Source: a virus | Lineage: Duplodnaviria; Caudoviricetes | Strand: one strand, 5' to 3' | DNA: 64,000 nt | IMG/VR virus record: IMGVR_UViG_3300014204_005796 | Span: 42,710-106,709 of that record | In this document: positions 20,437-29,464 of the stretch, piece after piece | Layout: each line of letters begins with the position of its first letter | Numbering within the stretch: the stretch's first letter is position 1 | Notes under the pieces: model-generated | Told to the model about the DNA's origin: nothing | Databases searched by the model: none | The model's input: the letters and a program-made list of their open reading frames with translations, nothing else | Position numbers and translations under genes: made by a program

Positions 20437-20889
20437 TTAAAGATTCATGGTAAAGTTCCACGCTTTAAGCTCCCTGCGAAATACCAGAATTAAACGGGCG
20501 TCTTTTTTGAGACGGTACGTTTCTTTAACCAAAGCTTTTTTAAGTGTATTAAACTCTTTAATGGCTTTGGCATCCTTCGCCCAGTACTTGTCTATCTCGC
20601 GAAAGGTTATTGCTGGCAGGGTACTGTCTGCAGATTTTTCGTGGTCAAATATGTTTATGGCGCAGTACGCCGCCAGAGGATTCTTCATATAGTTTTCCAA
20701 CAGTAACACCGCCGTGCTGGTTGCTATGTCAACCAGGTTCACCGCAATAATCAGAGTGTTATCGCGTTTATCTATGTAAGTATCATTCTCGAGTCCGGTG
20801 AACTCCGGAAACGCCAATGGAAGTAACTGCGGCGTCATTGTCAATGACGGACGATTAGTCAGCATTTTACAAGCTTCTTCGGCGTTCAT
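20437..20889 (-). CDS. Hypothetical protein, SxxxFxxE-motif family
   Basis: IATSTAVLLLEN; GGAGGTGACTTATG leader. Confidence 0.75.
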   Translation of the reverse strand: MNAEEACKMLTNRPSLTMTPQLLPLAFPEFTGLENDTYIDKRDNTLIIAVNLVDIATSTAVLLLENYMKNPLAAYCAINIFDHEKSADSTLPAITFREIDKYWAKDAKAIKEFNTLKKALVKETYRLKKDARLILVFRRELKAWNFTMNL

Positions 20890-20892
20890 AAG

Positions 20893-21285
20893 TCACCTCC
20901 TCTTTTTCCAGTCTTCTATAATGTTCCACCAGTCATCGCGGGTCATGTCCCTCCAAGTGTCATGCCCCCGCTTGCCCCACAGAACTCTAAAAGACGTATA
21001 TCCTTCTTCAGGATTTGGGTCACCATAATAACATATTCTGCATAAATTTGTGCTCTGTCTATACCCTTTTGGATTTTCAAGACAGATAAGAACACTGTGT
21101 GACCCATCGCCAGTCATGGCTGCAGGTAATTCGTCGACAGCTAACTTCTGTATCGCAAAGATAAGCGTCGTGGTTGACATCTTCCGCGCCGTCTCATTCA
21201 TATGCCATACCCTAGCGTACTCCCAAGAAGGGTACTCTGCTTTGTAGTTTCTTGGGTTCAGCTTGTGCGACGCCACATTCTGCAT
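20893..21285 (-). CDS. Hypothetical protein, SxxxFxxE-motif family
   Basis: MSTTTLIFAIQK; GAGGTGACTTATG leader. Confidence 0.75.
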   Translation of the reverse strand: MQNVASHKLNPRNYKAEYPSWEYARVWHMNETARKMSTTTLIFAIQKLAVDELPAAMTGDGSHSVLICLENPKGYRQSTNLCRICYYGDPNPEEGYTSFRVLWGKRGHDTWRDMTRDDWWNIIEDWKKRR

Positions 21286-21307
21286 AAGTCACCTCGCGTT
21301 GTAAAGT

Positions 21308-21336
21308 ATTATACGACAAAATTTGGTTTGAGTCAA
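21308..21336 (-). promoter_or_regulatory. Sigma70-type promoter
   Basis: TTGACT-N17-TATAAT. Confidence 0.75.
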
Positions 21337-21367
21337 CAAGTATTTTCAAGGTTTAACGGAAACGTTC

Positions 21368-21393
21368 AAGGCCGATTTTGCAGAATCGCTGGC
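21368..21393. repeat. Dispersed oriented repeat, copy 2
   Basis: aaggccgattttgcagaatcgctggc. Confidence 0.65.
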
Positions 21394-21726
21394 TTAGCGC
21401 CTTGCCTTGACCGAAAAGTAAGCCGCCATCAGCAGTTCCTTTGCACCCCGATTTTCTAATTCTATTTGTGCTGGACTCATTGTGGTCCAATATTCCGCTG
21501 GCAGTTTAGGATACCAGGAGAACTCCCGGCCTTTAAACTCTTTCTTCACCCACTTGTTAGGCAGAACAACTGTAACGGCCCAGCCGGGTTTTGTAGGGGA
21601 AGTACAGTTAAAGAACTCCATTGCTTTCTCAAACATAAACCATAAGGAGGAGAACCCGCTGACCTCGCGGAATAGCAAAGATTGAATATAGATATATCTG
21701 CCTCTAATTTTAAAGTATGCCTTCAT
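21394..21726 (-). CDS. Hypothetical protein, SxxxFxxE-motif family
   Basis: SGFSSLWFMFEK. Confidence 0.75.
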   Translation of the reverse strand: MKAYFKIRGRYIYIQSLLFREVSGFSSLWFMFEKAMEFFNCTSPTKPGWAVTVVLPNKWVKKEFKGREFSWYPKLPAEYWTTMSPAQIELENRGAKELLMAAYFSVKARR

Positions 21727-21737
21727 GTTATTCCTCC

Positions 21738-22178
21738 TTATCGTGATATATTAATTTTAAACTGCACGACTTCGTTCTCCTTACGGTAGTTTATCACCTC
21801 ACGTAATTGCGTGTCAGGGCCATGACGGAAAACATCTTTTGTCGCCCATATAATCACGCCTTCTGACTCACCCAACCGTCGGGCGTCATACTGTAAGGGA
21901 TGTTGTGCGCCCGCCGGGTCAAACACAATGTGAAGCCCCACGCCTTTTATTCTGTCAACCCGCATTGCCCGCCACATAATCAGGCAGAACTTTTCAATGC
22001 AGAACATTATGACAGACGATGCAGTCTCCGGTAAGAACTCCAGCACCAGCGCCTTTCTTACCGCGCCTTCCCTGCGTGGTTTATCCCACAAGTCACTGGA
22101 CATCAAACCCCGCATAGAATCAACGGCGCGGTTAAGTTCCTGTCTTAACTTCAGGTACTTCCCCAATGGTTTGCTCAT
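21738..22178 (-). CDS. Hypothetical protein, SxxxFxxE-motif family
   Basis: TASSVIMFCIEK. Confidence 0.75.
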   Translation of the reverse strand: MSKPLGKYLKLRQELNRAVDSMRGLMSSDLWDKPRREGAVRKALVLEFLPETASSVIMFCIEKFCLIMWRAMRVDRIKGVGLHIVFDPAGAQHPLQYDARRLGESEGVIIWATKDVFRHGPDTQLREVINYRKENEVVQFKINISR

Positions 22179-22608
22179 GGCCGTTCACCATCCTGTAAGG
22201 TTTTAGTACATCCTCAAGCTGTTCAATGCTGAGGACATACTTTCCTTTCTTTACTTCCTCGACACGCCACAGCGTTGTGGAAAAGTTATTCGCCTTTGGG
22301 TCGGCGCTGCGCGGGAGAAGAACCCATTGTCCTTTGCGGTTTAAGGCTAATACTCCGTTGCCCGTGTCAACTCCTAAGCTCACGCCGTCTCTTACATAGG
22401 CTTCCTCATCAATACCGGCGAACACACTTCCTCTTACGCAGAACTCTTTTAGCACAAACAACTTCGCCGCCATGCTCAAGGCTCTCCACGCAACCACCTT
22501 GCGCTGTCTTATACGGGCGACCCAACCTTTCAATTGGAGGAACTCGTTGCGGTAGAGTACGGAAGCGGGATTATCAAAGCGCTTCATCATCTTCCAGGAA
22601 TAATACAT
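22132..22608 (-). CDS. Hypothetical protein (weak motif variant)
   Basis: LSMAAKLFVLKE; GGAGGTGA SD. Confidence 0.7.
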   Translation of the reverse strand: MYYSWKMMKRFDNPASVLYRNEFLQLKGWVARIRQRKVVAWRALSMAAKLFVLKEFCVRGSVFAGIDEEAYVRDGVSLGVDTGNGVLALNRKGQWVLLPRSADPKANNFSTTLWRVEEVKKGKYVLSIEQLEDVLKPYRMVNGHEQTIGEVPEVKTGT

Positions 22609-22612
22609 TAGG

Positions 22613-23029
22613 TCACCTCCTGTTTAGTGCAAATAGAATTAGCTCTAATGCTTCAGCTGAACTTAGGTACATAGAGGTAGTGGTAATACTCTGCCTAACG
22701 CACTTCCTATTTTCCACAGAGAAGCCTGCGAATTGAAGAAACTTACTGTCACAATACCAACGACCCTCCACGTCCCAACCCATCCAGTCAAAATATTCCC
22801 AATCGGCACTGATAAGGTCTTTCTTAGACTTTGACTTTCCAAAGACGATGTAGCAAAAAGCGCCCTTGGATATTAACGAAGCTTCATTCAACACTTTCTC
22901 ACAAGCAAACAGCAAAGAAGAAGGCGCGAGGTTCTTAGCCCTCCCATGGTCAAGTTCCATAATACGCGTGACCATATCGGGGCCTAAACCTCTTGGTCTT
23001 TTGAACAGCCCATCGTATTTTTCATACAT
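22613..23029 (-). CDS. Hypothetical protein, SxxxFxxE-motif family; paralog of 23034-23450
   Basis: LAPSSLLFACEK; MxEKYxGLF start, EGxWY, C-terminal LSxAEAxE. Confidence 0.8.
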   Translation of the reverse strand: MYEKYDGLFKRPRGLGPDMVTRIMELDHGRAKNLAPSSLLFACEKVLNEASLISKGAFCYIVFGKSKSKKDLISADWEYFDWMGWDVEGRWYCDSKFLQFAGFSVENRKCVRQSITTTSMYLSSAEALELILFALNRR

Positions 23030-23033
23030 GGAG

Positions 23034-23450
23034 TCACCTCCTTATGATATATTGGATTACCTCTGACGCTTCAGCCTGAGACAGGCGCAGAGTACTGTCT
23101 GAATAGTCTTTATCTGCAGGCTTTCTTCCTTCCACGGTAAGTCCCGCTTCTTCTATAATCTGTTTCGCCGCGTACCACACACCCTCGGCATTGATGTAAC
23201 CGACCCACGCGGCATAGGAATACTCTGTACCTTTCGGTGGTAACTTCGCCACCATCCAGGTATATTTTCCTCCGTACGCCAAAGCCTGTTCCTTTACGGC
23301 TTCAATGCAGGCGAACATCAAAGAGGAAGGCGCGAGCAACTTCGCTTTTTCTTTATCAAGCATTAGCTTGTTTCCTGTATAGGAGTGTTCCCATGAACCA
23401 CGCTTGCGTCGTGCCTGCGTTATGAACAGCCCTTCATACTTTTCGTGCAT
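23034..23450 (-). CDS. Hypothetical protein, SxxxFxxE-motif family; paralog of 22613-23029
   Basis: LAPSSLMFACIE. Confidence 0.8.
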   Translation of the reverse strand: MHEKYEGLFITQARRKRGSWEHSYTGNKLMLDKEKAKLLAPSSLMFACIEAVKEQALAYGGKYTWMVAKLPPKGTEYSYAAWVGYINAEGVWYAAKQIIEEAGLTVEGRKPADKDYSDSTLRLSQAEASEVIQYIIRR

Positions 23451-23453
23451 AAG

Positions 23454-23684
23454 TCACCTCGGCATTGTGGGGTCTACAGGGTTGAACGACTCTGCCCCAA
23501 GCTCCACTATCTCAAAAGATACAAGCTCGCACTCGCCCTTCTTAATTATATGCGAGTAGTTCCTAAAGCAAGGACGGCTCTGGTAAACCTTCCCCTTCTT
23601 GTTAAACTTATTATCCTTTCCATAAGTAGGGGCAAAGAATAACCCGTCAGCCTTTCTTCTTATCTTGTAGAACTTGTTCGCCAT
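23454..23684 (-). CDS. Hypothetical protein
   Basis: GAGGTGA SD before ATG 23684. Confidence 0.65.
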   Translation of the reverse strand: MANKFYKIRRKADGLFFAPTYGKDNKFNKKGKVYQSRPCFRNYSHIIKKGECELVSFEIVELGAESFNPVDPTMPR

Positions 23685-23689
23685 AGCGT

Positions 23690-23962
23690 TCACCTCTTTT
23701 TCTGTGTGTTGTCCGGCACGATTGCAAAGTCCTGTGAAGTCCACGAGCAGTACAGGAAGTTGTGTTCTTTAAGACCCACAGTAGGCTCACCGCCCATCTC
23801 CCTTAACTCGTCCACCGTGCAGACCTCACCTTTCTTTATCCTGTCTCCCTTACCACACGGGTTGCCACACGTGTTATAAGGAATGTTCCTGATTGCCTTT
23901 ACCTTATTGCCCACCTGTATCACCGCCCCGTTGTAGTCGATAGCTTCCGTATGATTATCCAT
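23690..23962 (-). CDS. Small SH3-like beta-barrel protein
   Basis: DYNGAVIQVGNKV...IKKGEVCTV pattern. Confidence 0.55.
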   Translation of the reverse strand: MDNHTEAIDYNGAVIQVGNKVKAIRNIPYNTCGNPCGKGDRIKKGEVCTVDELREMGGEPTVGLKEHNFLYCSWTSQDFAIVPDNTQKKR

Positions 23963-23998
23963 TGTACACCTCCAAAGGTTTTTTGTAAAGCAAAATCT

Positions 23999-24382
23999 TT
24001 ACTCCCATTGTATCACCTTAAAGAAACCTTTCTGGCAGTTCTCAACGGCGTAAGCGTGAGCCTTTGACTCCGTGTCAAACGTCATTGTGCCGTCTCCGCT
24101 CCCGAACTCATCCCGCGCCATGACCGCGTTGAAGTACCCGCCTGACCGTTCCACTATAATGAACAGCCCTTTCTTATCCTGTGCGATAGTGGTTTTCTGT
24201 CCGCAGATAAGACACTCGTGCTTAATGCTCGGCACGGTATTTTCACAGCCCGTGCAGTACTCGGTCGTGCCTTTGCCCTTCGTTAACTCCGCGTATAATT
24301 CTACTGCCCTCCCCATACCGTCCTGTTCGTATGCCGTCTGTACCCTTGCCCTAAGTAACGCCGTGCTTATTGGTTTTCTCAT
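23999..24382 (-). CDS. Zn-ribbon-containing hypothetical protein
   Basis: CTGC...CLIC. Confidence 0.65.
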   Translation of the reverse strand: MRKPISTALLRARVQTAYEQDGMGRAVELYAELTKGKGTTEYCTGCENTVPSIKHECLICGQKTTIAQDKKGLFIIVERSGGYFNAVMARDEFGSGDGTMTFDTESKAHAYAVENCQKGFFKVIQWE

Positions 24383-24394
24383 GACCTACACCTC

Positions 24395-24664
24395 CTATAT
24401 GGTTTTGTCGAACACATGAAACTGTTCGTTTATCATCTTATCACTTGCCCCCGCGTAGTCATACGCCGTAGGGAACTCAATAAGCCCGCCCTCACTTACT
24501 CCGCAGAAGCAACCGAAGTAAGTTCCGCCCTTACCCTTGACCTCTCCGTCCGTGGTGACGTTCACTTCCTCTTTGAAGCGTTTCTCCAGCCTGTCCGTAA
24601 TTTCCTTGAAGGACGACACGTTCTCAACCAGGCAGTTGTCTGAGTCATGCTTTAACTTTTTCAT
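24395..24664 (-). CDS. Hypothetical protein
   Basis: ORF with GGAGG SD. Confidence 0.65.
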   Translation of the reverse strand: MKKLKHDSDNCLVENVSSFKEITDRLEKRFKEEVNVTTDGEVKGKGGTYFGCFCGVSEGGLIEFPTAYDYAGASDKMINEQFHVFDKTI

Positions 24665-24825
24665 GGTAGAACCTCCCCGCTAATTGTTTTGTCCGCACGT
24701 TCTGTGTCTTACGTGAGCCGTCATTCCAGCGTACCTTCAACCACCCATGTCCCGACTTAACCACGTGCGCCCCCATTGCCCCACAGGGCGTTTGCACATC
24801 CACCCATTGTCCTTTTTTAATCATG

Positions 24826-25365
24826 TTAAGCCACCTCCGCTTCGCCAATAACTACCTCGACCTTGTGCTTAAACATCTTACGTTTCACACCAAACTCCGG
24901 CAGGGTAAACTCTTTGCCAAGTTTGGTGTCAATGATACGCTTGAAGTTGCAATCCACATCACCGAGCCACTCGTCCACCCATTCCTCAGCGTACTCCATA
25001 GCCCGTGCCAAAGCGTCCTTCTTGTCGAAGCCAATAACGTAGTCGGTATCACGGGAGTCATAAGCGGGTTCGTACCCTTCGTCTTTCTTACGGAGAACGC
25101 CCACGCAGAAGTTGACTTCCCATACAGACAGGAACTTAAAGAGCGACAGCGGGTACTCGCAATCCTCCGCCGTTTCGGTAGTAGTCTTGCCGTCCTGTTC
25201 ACCGCAGTTATACAACGTGACTCTCGCCTTTACCATTTCCTTATTATCTGTGAGTCCTATCTTATCCGCCTTCACCGAGTACCCGTTCAATCTGTGGTAA
25301 CCATTGGCATAGTACTCGTAGTCCTCAATGGCTTTCTTAACCTTTGCTCTCTGTTGTTTGGTCAT
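24826..25365 (-). CDS. Hypothetical protein
   Basis: ORF with GGAGGTG SD. Confidence 0.7.
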   Translation of the reverse strand: MTKQQRAKVKKAIEDYEYYANGYHRLNGYSVKADKIGLTDNKEMVKARVTLYNCGEQDGKTTTETAEDCEYPLSLFKFLSVWEVNFCVGVLRKKDEGYEPAYDSRDTDYVIGFDKKDALARAMEYAEEWVDEWLGDVDCNFKRIIDTKLGKEFTLPEFGVKRKMFKHKVEVVIGEAEVA

Positions 25366-25783
25366 GTCCGCACCTCCACCTTTTTTGATTGGCTTCCCAT
25401 ATTCCGTACACCCACGCCTTTAACTTCGTGGTGTCACAGTAAAACGTGTCGCTGTCCGTTCCCTTCCCGTCACGTATGTAAATCCTTCTGCACTCATAAG
25501 GAGACTCCCGCGACCCTACAGTAAAAGGCTGACGAAATACCACCTTATTAAACCACGTACCCCTCATCATAAGGTCGTAGTCATTGAAGGGTTCAAGGTG
25601 AAGGGTAAAGTTATTCTTTGGACTTTCTATCCTGGAAAAGTCCTCCGTCATGCTCTCTATAATGAACCACAGGGTAGAGAACGCCATTGCCTTACCCTTC
25701 TCCGTTACGTACCAGTCCCCACCCCGCCCCATGAGCAGATACGGGTGGTACTTATTCGCCTTCTTCTGCTTCAAGGTCGCCAT
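25337..25783 (-). CDS. Hypothetical protein, SxxxFxxE-motif family
   Basis: MAFSTLWFIIES. Confidence 0.75.
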   Translation of the reverse strand: MATLKQKKANKYHPYLLMGRGGDWYVTEKGKAMAFSTLWFIIESMTEDFSRIESPKNNFTLHLEPFNDYDLMMRGTWFNKVVFRQPFTVGSRESPYECRRIYIRDGKGTDSDTFYCDTTKLKAWVYGIWEANQKRWRCGHDQTTESKG

Positions 25784-25796
25784 GATTTACACCCCC

Positions 25797-26138
25797 TTAT
25801 CTGAATTTGCGGATAGCCTTTCTTAACTGCCGTGCCGTCTGTTGATACTCCTTAATGTAAGACTTCAATTGCGCAATACGAGTCATCACCTCATTAAGGG
25901 CAGGCTCAACCTCTGCCCTTGCTTTCGCATACCGCTCTTTCCTGTACCCCAGCACCTCCTCTTTGTTTAACCCTCGCCACTCTTTAGCGTAAGCGTTCAT
26001 CGTGGCTTGGTTTCGCTTGCCATAGGCTATTTGCTTTGAGTAGTCCGTATCAGGGCGAAGCTCTATAATAGGCATGAGCTTTGCCGTGGGAATATCCACC
26101 ACTCTTAACTCACTTCTTATCTTCTTAGGTATCAGCAT
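25797..26138 (-). CDS. Coiled-coil hypothetical protein
   Basis: AAGGAGGTG SD before MLIPKK. Confidence 0.65.
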   Translation of the reverse strand: MLIPKKIRSELRVVDIPTAKLMPIIELRPDTDYSKQIAYGKRNQATMNAYAKEWRGLNKEEVLGYRKERYAKARAEVEPALNEVMTRIAQLKSYIKEYQQTARQLRKAIRKFR

Positions 26139-26603
26139 AGTACACCTCCTTCGGCTTGTGTCCAAGCCCTATTATGTTCTATTTTGAACCTATCACCAAA
26201 AATACTTCCCCATACTCTACCTGATAGTACCATAATGGAACGTATTGATTACCCCTCTATGCCAGTTTTCCGGCACTGTTTCATAATAGAACACTATATG
26301 CAGACTTATGAAGAATAAGCTAACCCACTCATAGACAGAATACGCCCCATGTTAGCACGTGAGAGTATACGGATAGGGAGTATAAACACAGGGGTAAAGA
26401 GAGAATTAGCCCCAAATAGGCGTTCACGTTCCATAATTCCCACGATTTCGCACAGTTCCAATCAGAGGTTAGCCTCGACTCTCCCAACCTTCAGGCGACC
26501 CGTGTTCATGGGAACCGCCAAATTTTTGGCAGACCAGGGGAATATCGCTCCTTGGAACAGCTGGGAACATGGGCTTCCGGCATGCGCCCGTGAGCTTAGG
26601 CGC

Positions 26604-27113
26604 CTACTTCTCCTCCCGGTACAGGTCCTTCTCGCTGGGTATAGAGTTATAGACAGACTGCTCCCTTGCTTTCCGGCGAGCTTCCGTCCGGCTCTGTATC
26701 CAGGGAGAGCTATACGTAGGCCCCCGGTGGAACGTCGCGGCCTGGGGAGTGCCCACAGCGACAAGCACCTCTCTGACCCGGGAGTATCTCTTGCGGCCCC
26801 CGGGAATCATTACGGGCCGGGGCTCCCAGGCAATCTCCTGGAACATGTCCATGAGCTTCTCGGCTGCCGCGGGGAGCATGGTCATGGCGCAGGACTGACA
26901 AAGGTTCTTCCTTACCTCAACCTGGCGCCTGAATCCCTGGGACTCAACCACCTTAGGCGCCTTCTTTACCGCGGCGCAGAGTGAGCCCTTAGGTATGCCC
27001 TGGCCGCACCCATGACAATGGCGCGTGGTCTTAGCTCGCTCCAGGGTCACGTTTTGCAGGTGCTTGGGATGGAACGCCGGGATGATGCGTCCTTGTGGAG
27101 AGTTAATAGTCAT
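26604..27113 (-). CDS. PARP-type zinc-finger-like protein
   Basis: ERAKTTRHCHGCGQGIPKG...CQSC. Confidence 0.55.
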   Translation of the reverse strand: MTINSPQGRIIPAFHPKHLQNVTLERAKTTRHCHGCGQGIPKGSLCAAVKKAPKVVESQGFRRQVEVRKNLCQSCAMTMLPAAAEKLMDMFQEIAWEPRPVMIPGGRKRYSRVREVLVAVGTPQAATFHRGPTYSSPWIQSRTEARRKAREQSVYNSIPSEKDLYREEK

Positions 27114-27231
27114 GTTGGCCTCCTTCTTGAGTTAGTCACACGTTCACCGCGAACTTACTGTGGGTTTTACTGTACGGAACTACAGGGCAGATTGTGGTGA
27201 ACCTATAACCTCTTTAACCAGAGTTTGAGTT

Positions 27232-27735
27232 TTAGCGACTATGGCCGTTTTTGGAGATTCGCTGGCGTCGTGGCCAATAGAGTTCTATCACCAAGTATAC
27301 GGAGTTGTACTTAAGCATTAACTCTTTGCCCTCTTTCTGGGTAGTCATGCATGTACGCCATGCCATTAGGTCCCCGCCCAGGGATAGTACGTTTTGATGC
27401 TGTGGCGCCGCGACTAAGACAGCCTGGTTAATTCCACCGTTAGACTGTCCCATGGTGTAGGTCACGAGTTTGTCCAACAGCATGACGCCCACGGAGGGAG
27501 ACTCTATGTGTATGGCGGCAACACAATGACGTGTATCCTGAAACGCCCCGCGGCTATTCCAGGTAGCCACCATTTCCTGAATGGGAACTTGCTGCAAATA
27601 CTCGATGTGTACCTTTCGCGCCGCCTTCCTCCAGATGTTCTGCGACTTATCTATGTGTCTCTTTACCACGTCCCTATTGTTGGCATAACGATGCAGGTAT
27701 ACCTCTATCGCAGTAGTTCCAGGTTTATACTTCAT
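27232..27735 (-). CDS. Hypothetical protein (weak motif variant)
   Basis: ESPSVGVMLLDK. Confidence 0.7.
   Translation of the reverse strand: MKYKPGTTAIEVYLHRYANNRDVVKRHIDKSQNIWRKAARKVHIEYLQQVPIQEMVATWNSRGAFQDTRHCVAAIHIESPSVGVMLLDKLVTYTMGQSNGGINQAVLVAAPQHQNVLSLGGDLMAWRTCMTTQKEGKELMLKYNSVYLVIELYWPRRQRISKNGHSR
27234..27266. repeat. Dispersed oriented repeat, copy 3
   Basis: agcgactatggccgtttttggagattcgctggc. Confidence 0.8.
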
Positions 27736-28112
27736 GGCTGTACCTCCTTAGCAACTTCACGCTTCTTTTGGACGCCTGTGGTCTGCCAACGCATTACATA
27801 CTCTGCCGCGGCAGACATACCCAGGCCATCAGCGCCTTCGGCGAAATAGTGGGTCTTTCGTACAAAAGAAACAGAAACGTCCCATGTATGATCATTCGTG
27901 TTAAACCATATGCGCACAGGATACGCCGTGCCTGTAAACTGGAAGACTGTAGACCGCGACTGGTACTCCCGGTGTACCTGGTCAGCGTGGTTCTCCAGGA
28001 GGAACATGAGTGTGGATATCGGCAGCTGCTTCGCGGCCCTCCGCACAAAGTAATTGTTAATTACTGTAGCACGCCGGGACGTCTTCATTACTAAGTACTT
28101 TGTGTCTTGCAT
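27732..28112 (-). CDS. Hypothetical protein, SxxxFxxE-motif family
   Basis: LPISTLMFLLEN. Confidence 0.75.
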   Translation of the reverse strand: MQDTKYLVMKTSRRATVINNYFVRRAAKQLPISTLMFLLENHADQVHREYQSRSTVFQFTGTAYPVRIWFNTNDHTWDVSVSFVRKTHYFAEGADGLGMSAAAEYVMRWQTTGVQKKREVAKEVQP

Positions 28113-28146
28113 GGCTGCCTCCTTGTGGGTAGTACAGCTACCCAGT

Positions 28147-28620
28147 TTACAGTTTGTGTGGGCATACTCCTTTGTGCTTAAAGCTGCCGCAATTACAGTT
28201 GTAACATAGAACCTGAAAGCCGGCCGGGTACTTGTTCTTCTCCAACCACATATAGGTCTTCTGGCCGGCTGCCCGTTCAGTTGAACCCTTTGCTATTTCC
28301 CTTCTGTGCTTAGCTCCATCCATGCGCATGTGGTCAATGGTAAGAAAGTCAATAATAGACTCCCCGCAACACGCGCACTTAGGCGTGCCATTAGAGTAAT
28401 GTGTAAGCACGCGCACTCTGCGTGCTTGATTCTTTTCACGCACGTAATCCCGGTAATGGTTTACGTTCTCCTGGTAGTACTTGCGCTGCCGGGCTGCTAA
28501 GGCTGCTTTGCGCCCGGGCTTGTTCCTGTACGCTTGGTTCTTGGCTAGCATCTTAGCCCGGTTCTTTCTGTAATACTCCCTGTTCCACGCGTTCCTTTGC
28601 TCCTTGTCCATGTAGCCCAT
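28147..28620 (-). CDS. HNH endonuclease
   Basis: CACCG...LTIDH...QVLCYNCN; basic helical N-terminus. Confidence 0.8.
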   Translation of the reverse strand: MGYMDKEQRNAWNREYYRKNRAKMLAKNQAYRNKPGRKAALAARQRKYYQENVNHYRDYVREKNQARRVRVLTHYSNGTPKCACCGESIIDFLTIDHMRMDGAKHRREIAKGSTERAAGQKTYMWLEKNKYPAGFQVLCYNCNCGSFKHKGVCPHKL

Positions 28621-28628
28621 GTTGCCTC

Positions 28629-29228
28629 CTAATGCTGATCGAAGTAAACATCCTTTACTCCCAACCAGCAAGTAACACATTCCGACCCGCAGTAGTGTGA
28701 GTCGTTCGCGTGCACACACGTAACCGCGCCTTTGGGCGGCTGCTCTCCCTTGAGCACTATAGTCGCCGTGGGTCCTGCCGGTACTGGTACATGCGTCGAA
28801 CTGTCTATGGACCAGTATACCATGAGATTGGCAGGTTTGTCAACCCATGACAAATGGAAACTCTTGGTATACATAAGGAACGTTACCTCAGGAGACTCCC
28901 TGCATACCTCAAATATCTTCTTGAGATATTTCTGGCTGTATGCGTCGCCCGATTCATGCCAGCGTATTTTCGAAAGCCCTTTCTTCTCCACACAGTACTT
29001 GAGCTCGGCGAGCATCTCTGTTACGAAGCCGGGAGTCTGTGTAGCATCCAGGTTCCTCTGGCGCATCGCCGCCGCGGCCTTGTACATGCGTTCAGCTTTG
29101 AGCGCGTAGCATATCTTGCTGCAGACTGCCGTCTTGCCCGGGCACGTGATACCCTGGGGCAGGTTGAACACACCAATGGCCTTCGAGAGCTTGCTGTTGT
29201 TACCTACAGATAAGAGTTTGAGTTTCAT
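28629..29228 (-). CDS. Gene product 88-like (Fe-S/radical-SAM-related) protein
   Basis: GNNSKL, FNLPQGITCPG...CSKICYA, RWHESGD, YTKS. Confidence 0.75.
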   Translation of the reverse strand: MKLKLLSVGNNSKLSKAIGVFNLPQGITCPGKTAVCSKICYALKAERMYKAAAAMRQRNLDATQTPGFVTEMLAELKYCVEKKGLSKIRWHESGDAYSQKYLKKIFEVCRESPEVTFLMYTKSFHLSWVDKPANLMVYWSIDSSTHVPVPAGPTATIVLKGEQPPKGAVTCVHANDSHYCGSECVTCWLGVKDVYFDQH

Positions 29229-29229
29229 A

Positions 29230-29463
29230 TTACTTCACCTCCGTTTCATCGTAGGTTGTTTTGAAGACTTCATCTATGAACTCTTCACCGGCGTCTCCAT
29301 AGAGTTCTTCCTCGAAGTCATCCAACGGAAATGTCACCTCGTGCTTGGAACCATCCGAAAGCGTTTTCTCCTCTGTAACCATGTCTGTGTCCGGGTCGTA
29401 GTACAGGTCGACTGTAGCCCCGCCTCCCGCGTCAATGTCTCCCTTAATAAGTTTCTTAGCCAT
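29230..29463 (-). CDS. Highly acidic small protein (possible DNA mimic)
   Basis: 77 aa, very Asp/Glu-rich. Confidence 0.6.
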   Translation of the reverse strand: MAKKLIKGDIDAGGGATVDLYYDPDTDMVTEEKTLSDGSKHEVTFPLDDFEEELYGDAGEEFIDEVFKTTYDETEVK

Positions 29464-29464
29464 G

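Noticed and set aside
22613-23450. Diversity-generating retroelement template/variable repeats
   Set aside because: The paralogs diverge throughout rather than only at adenines, and there is no reverse transcriptase in the window.
20421-23460. GAGGTGACTTATG repeats as CRISPR repeats or integron attC sites
   Set aside because: They are only 13 nt long, equal SD plus start codon and are not palindromic; no integrase or cas gene is in the window.
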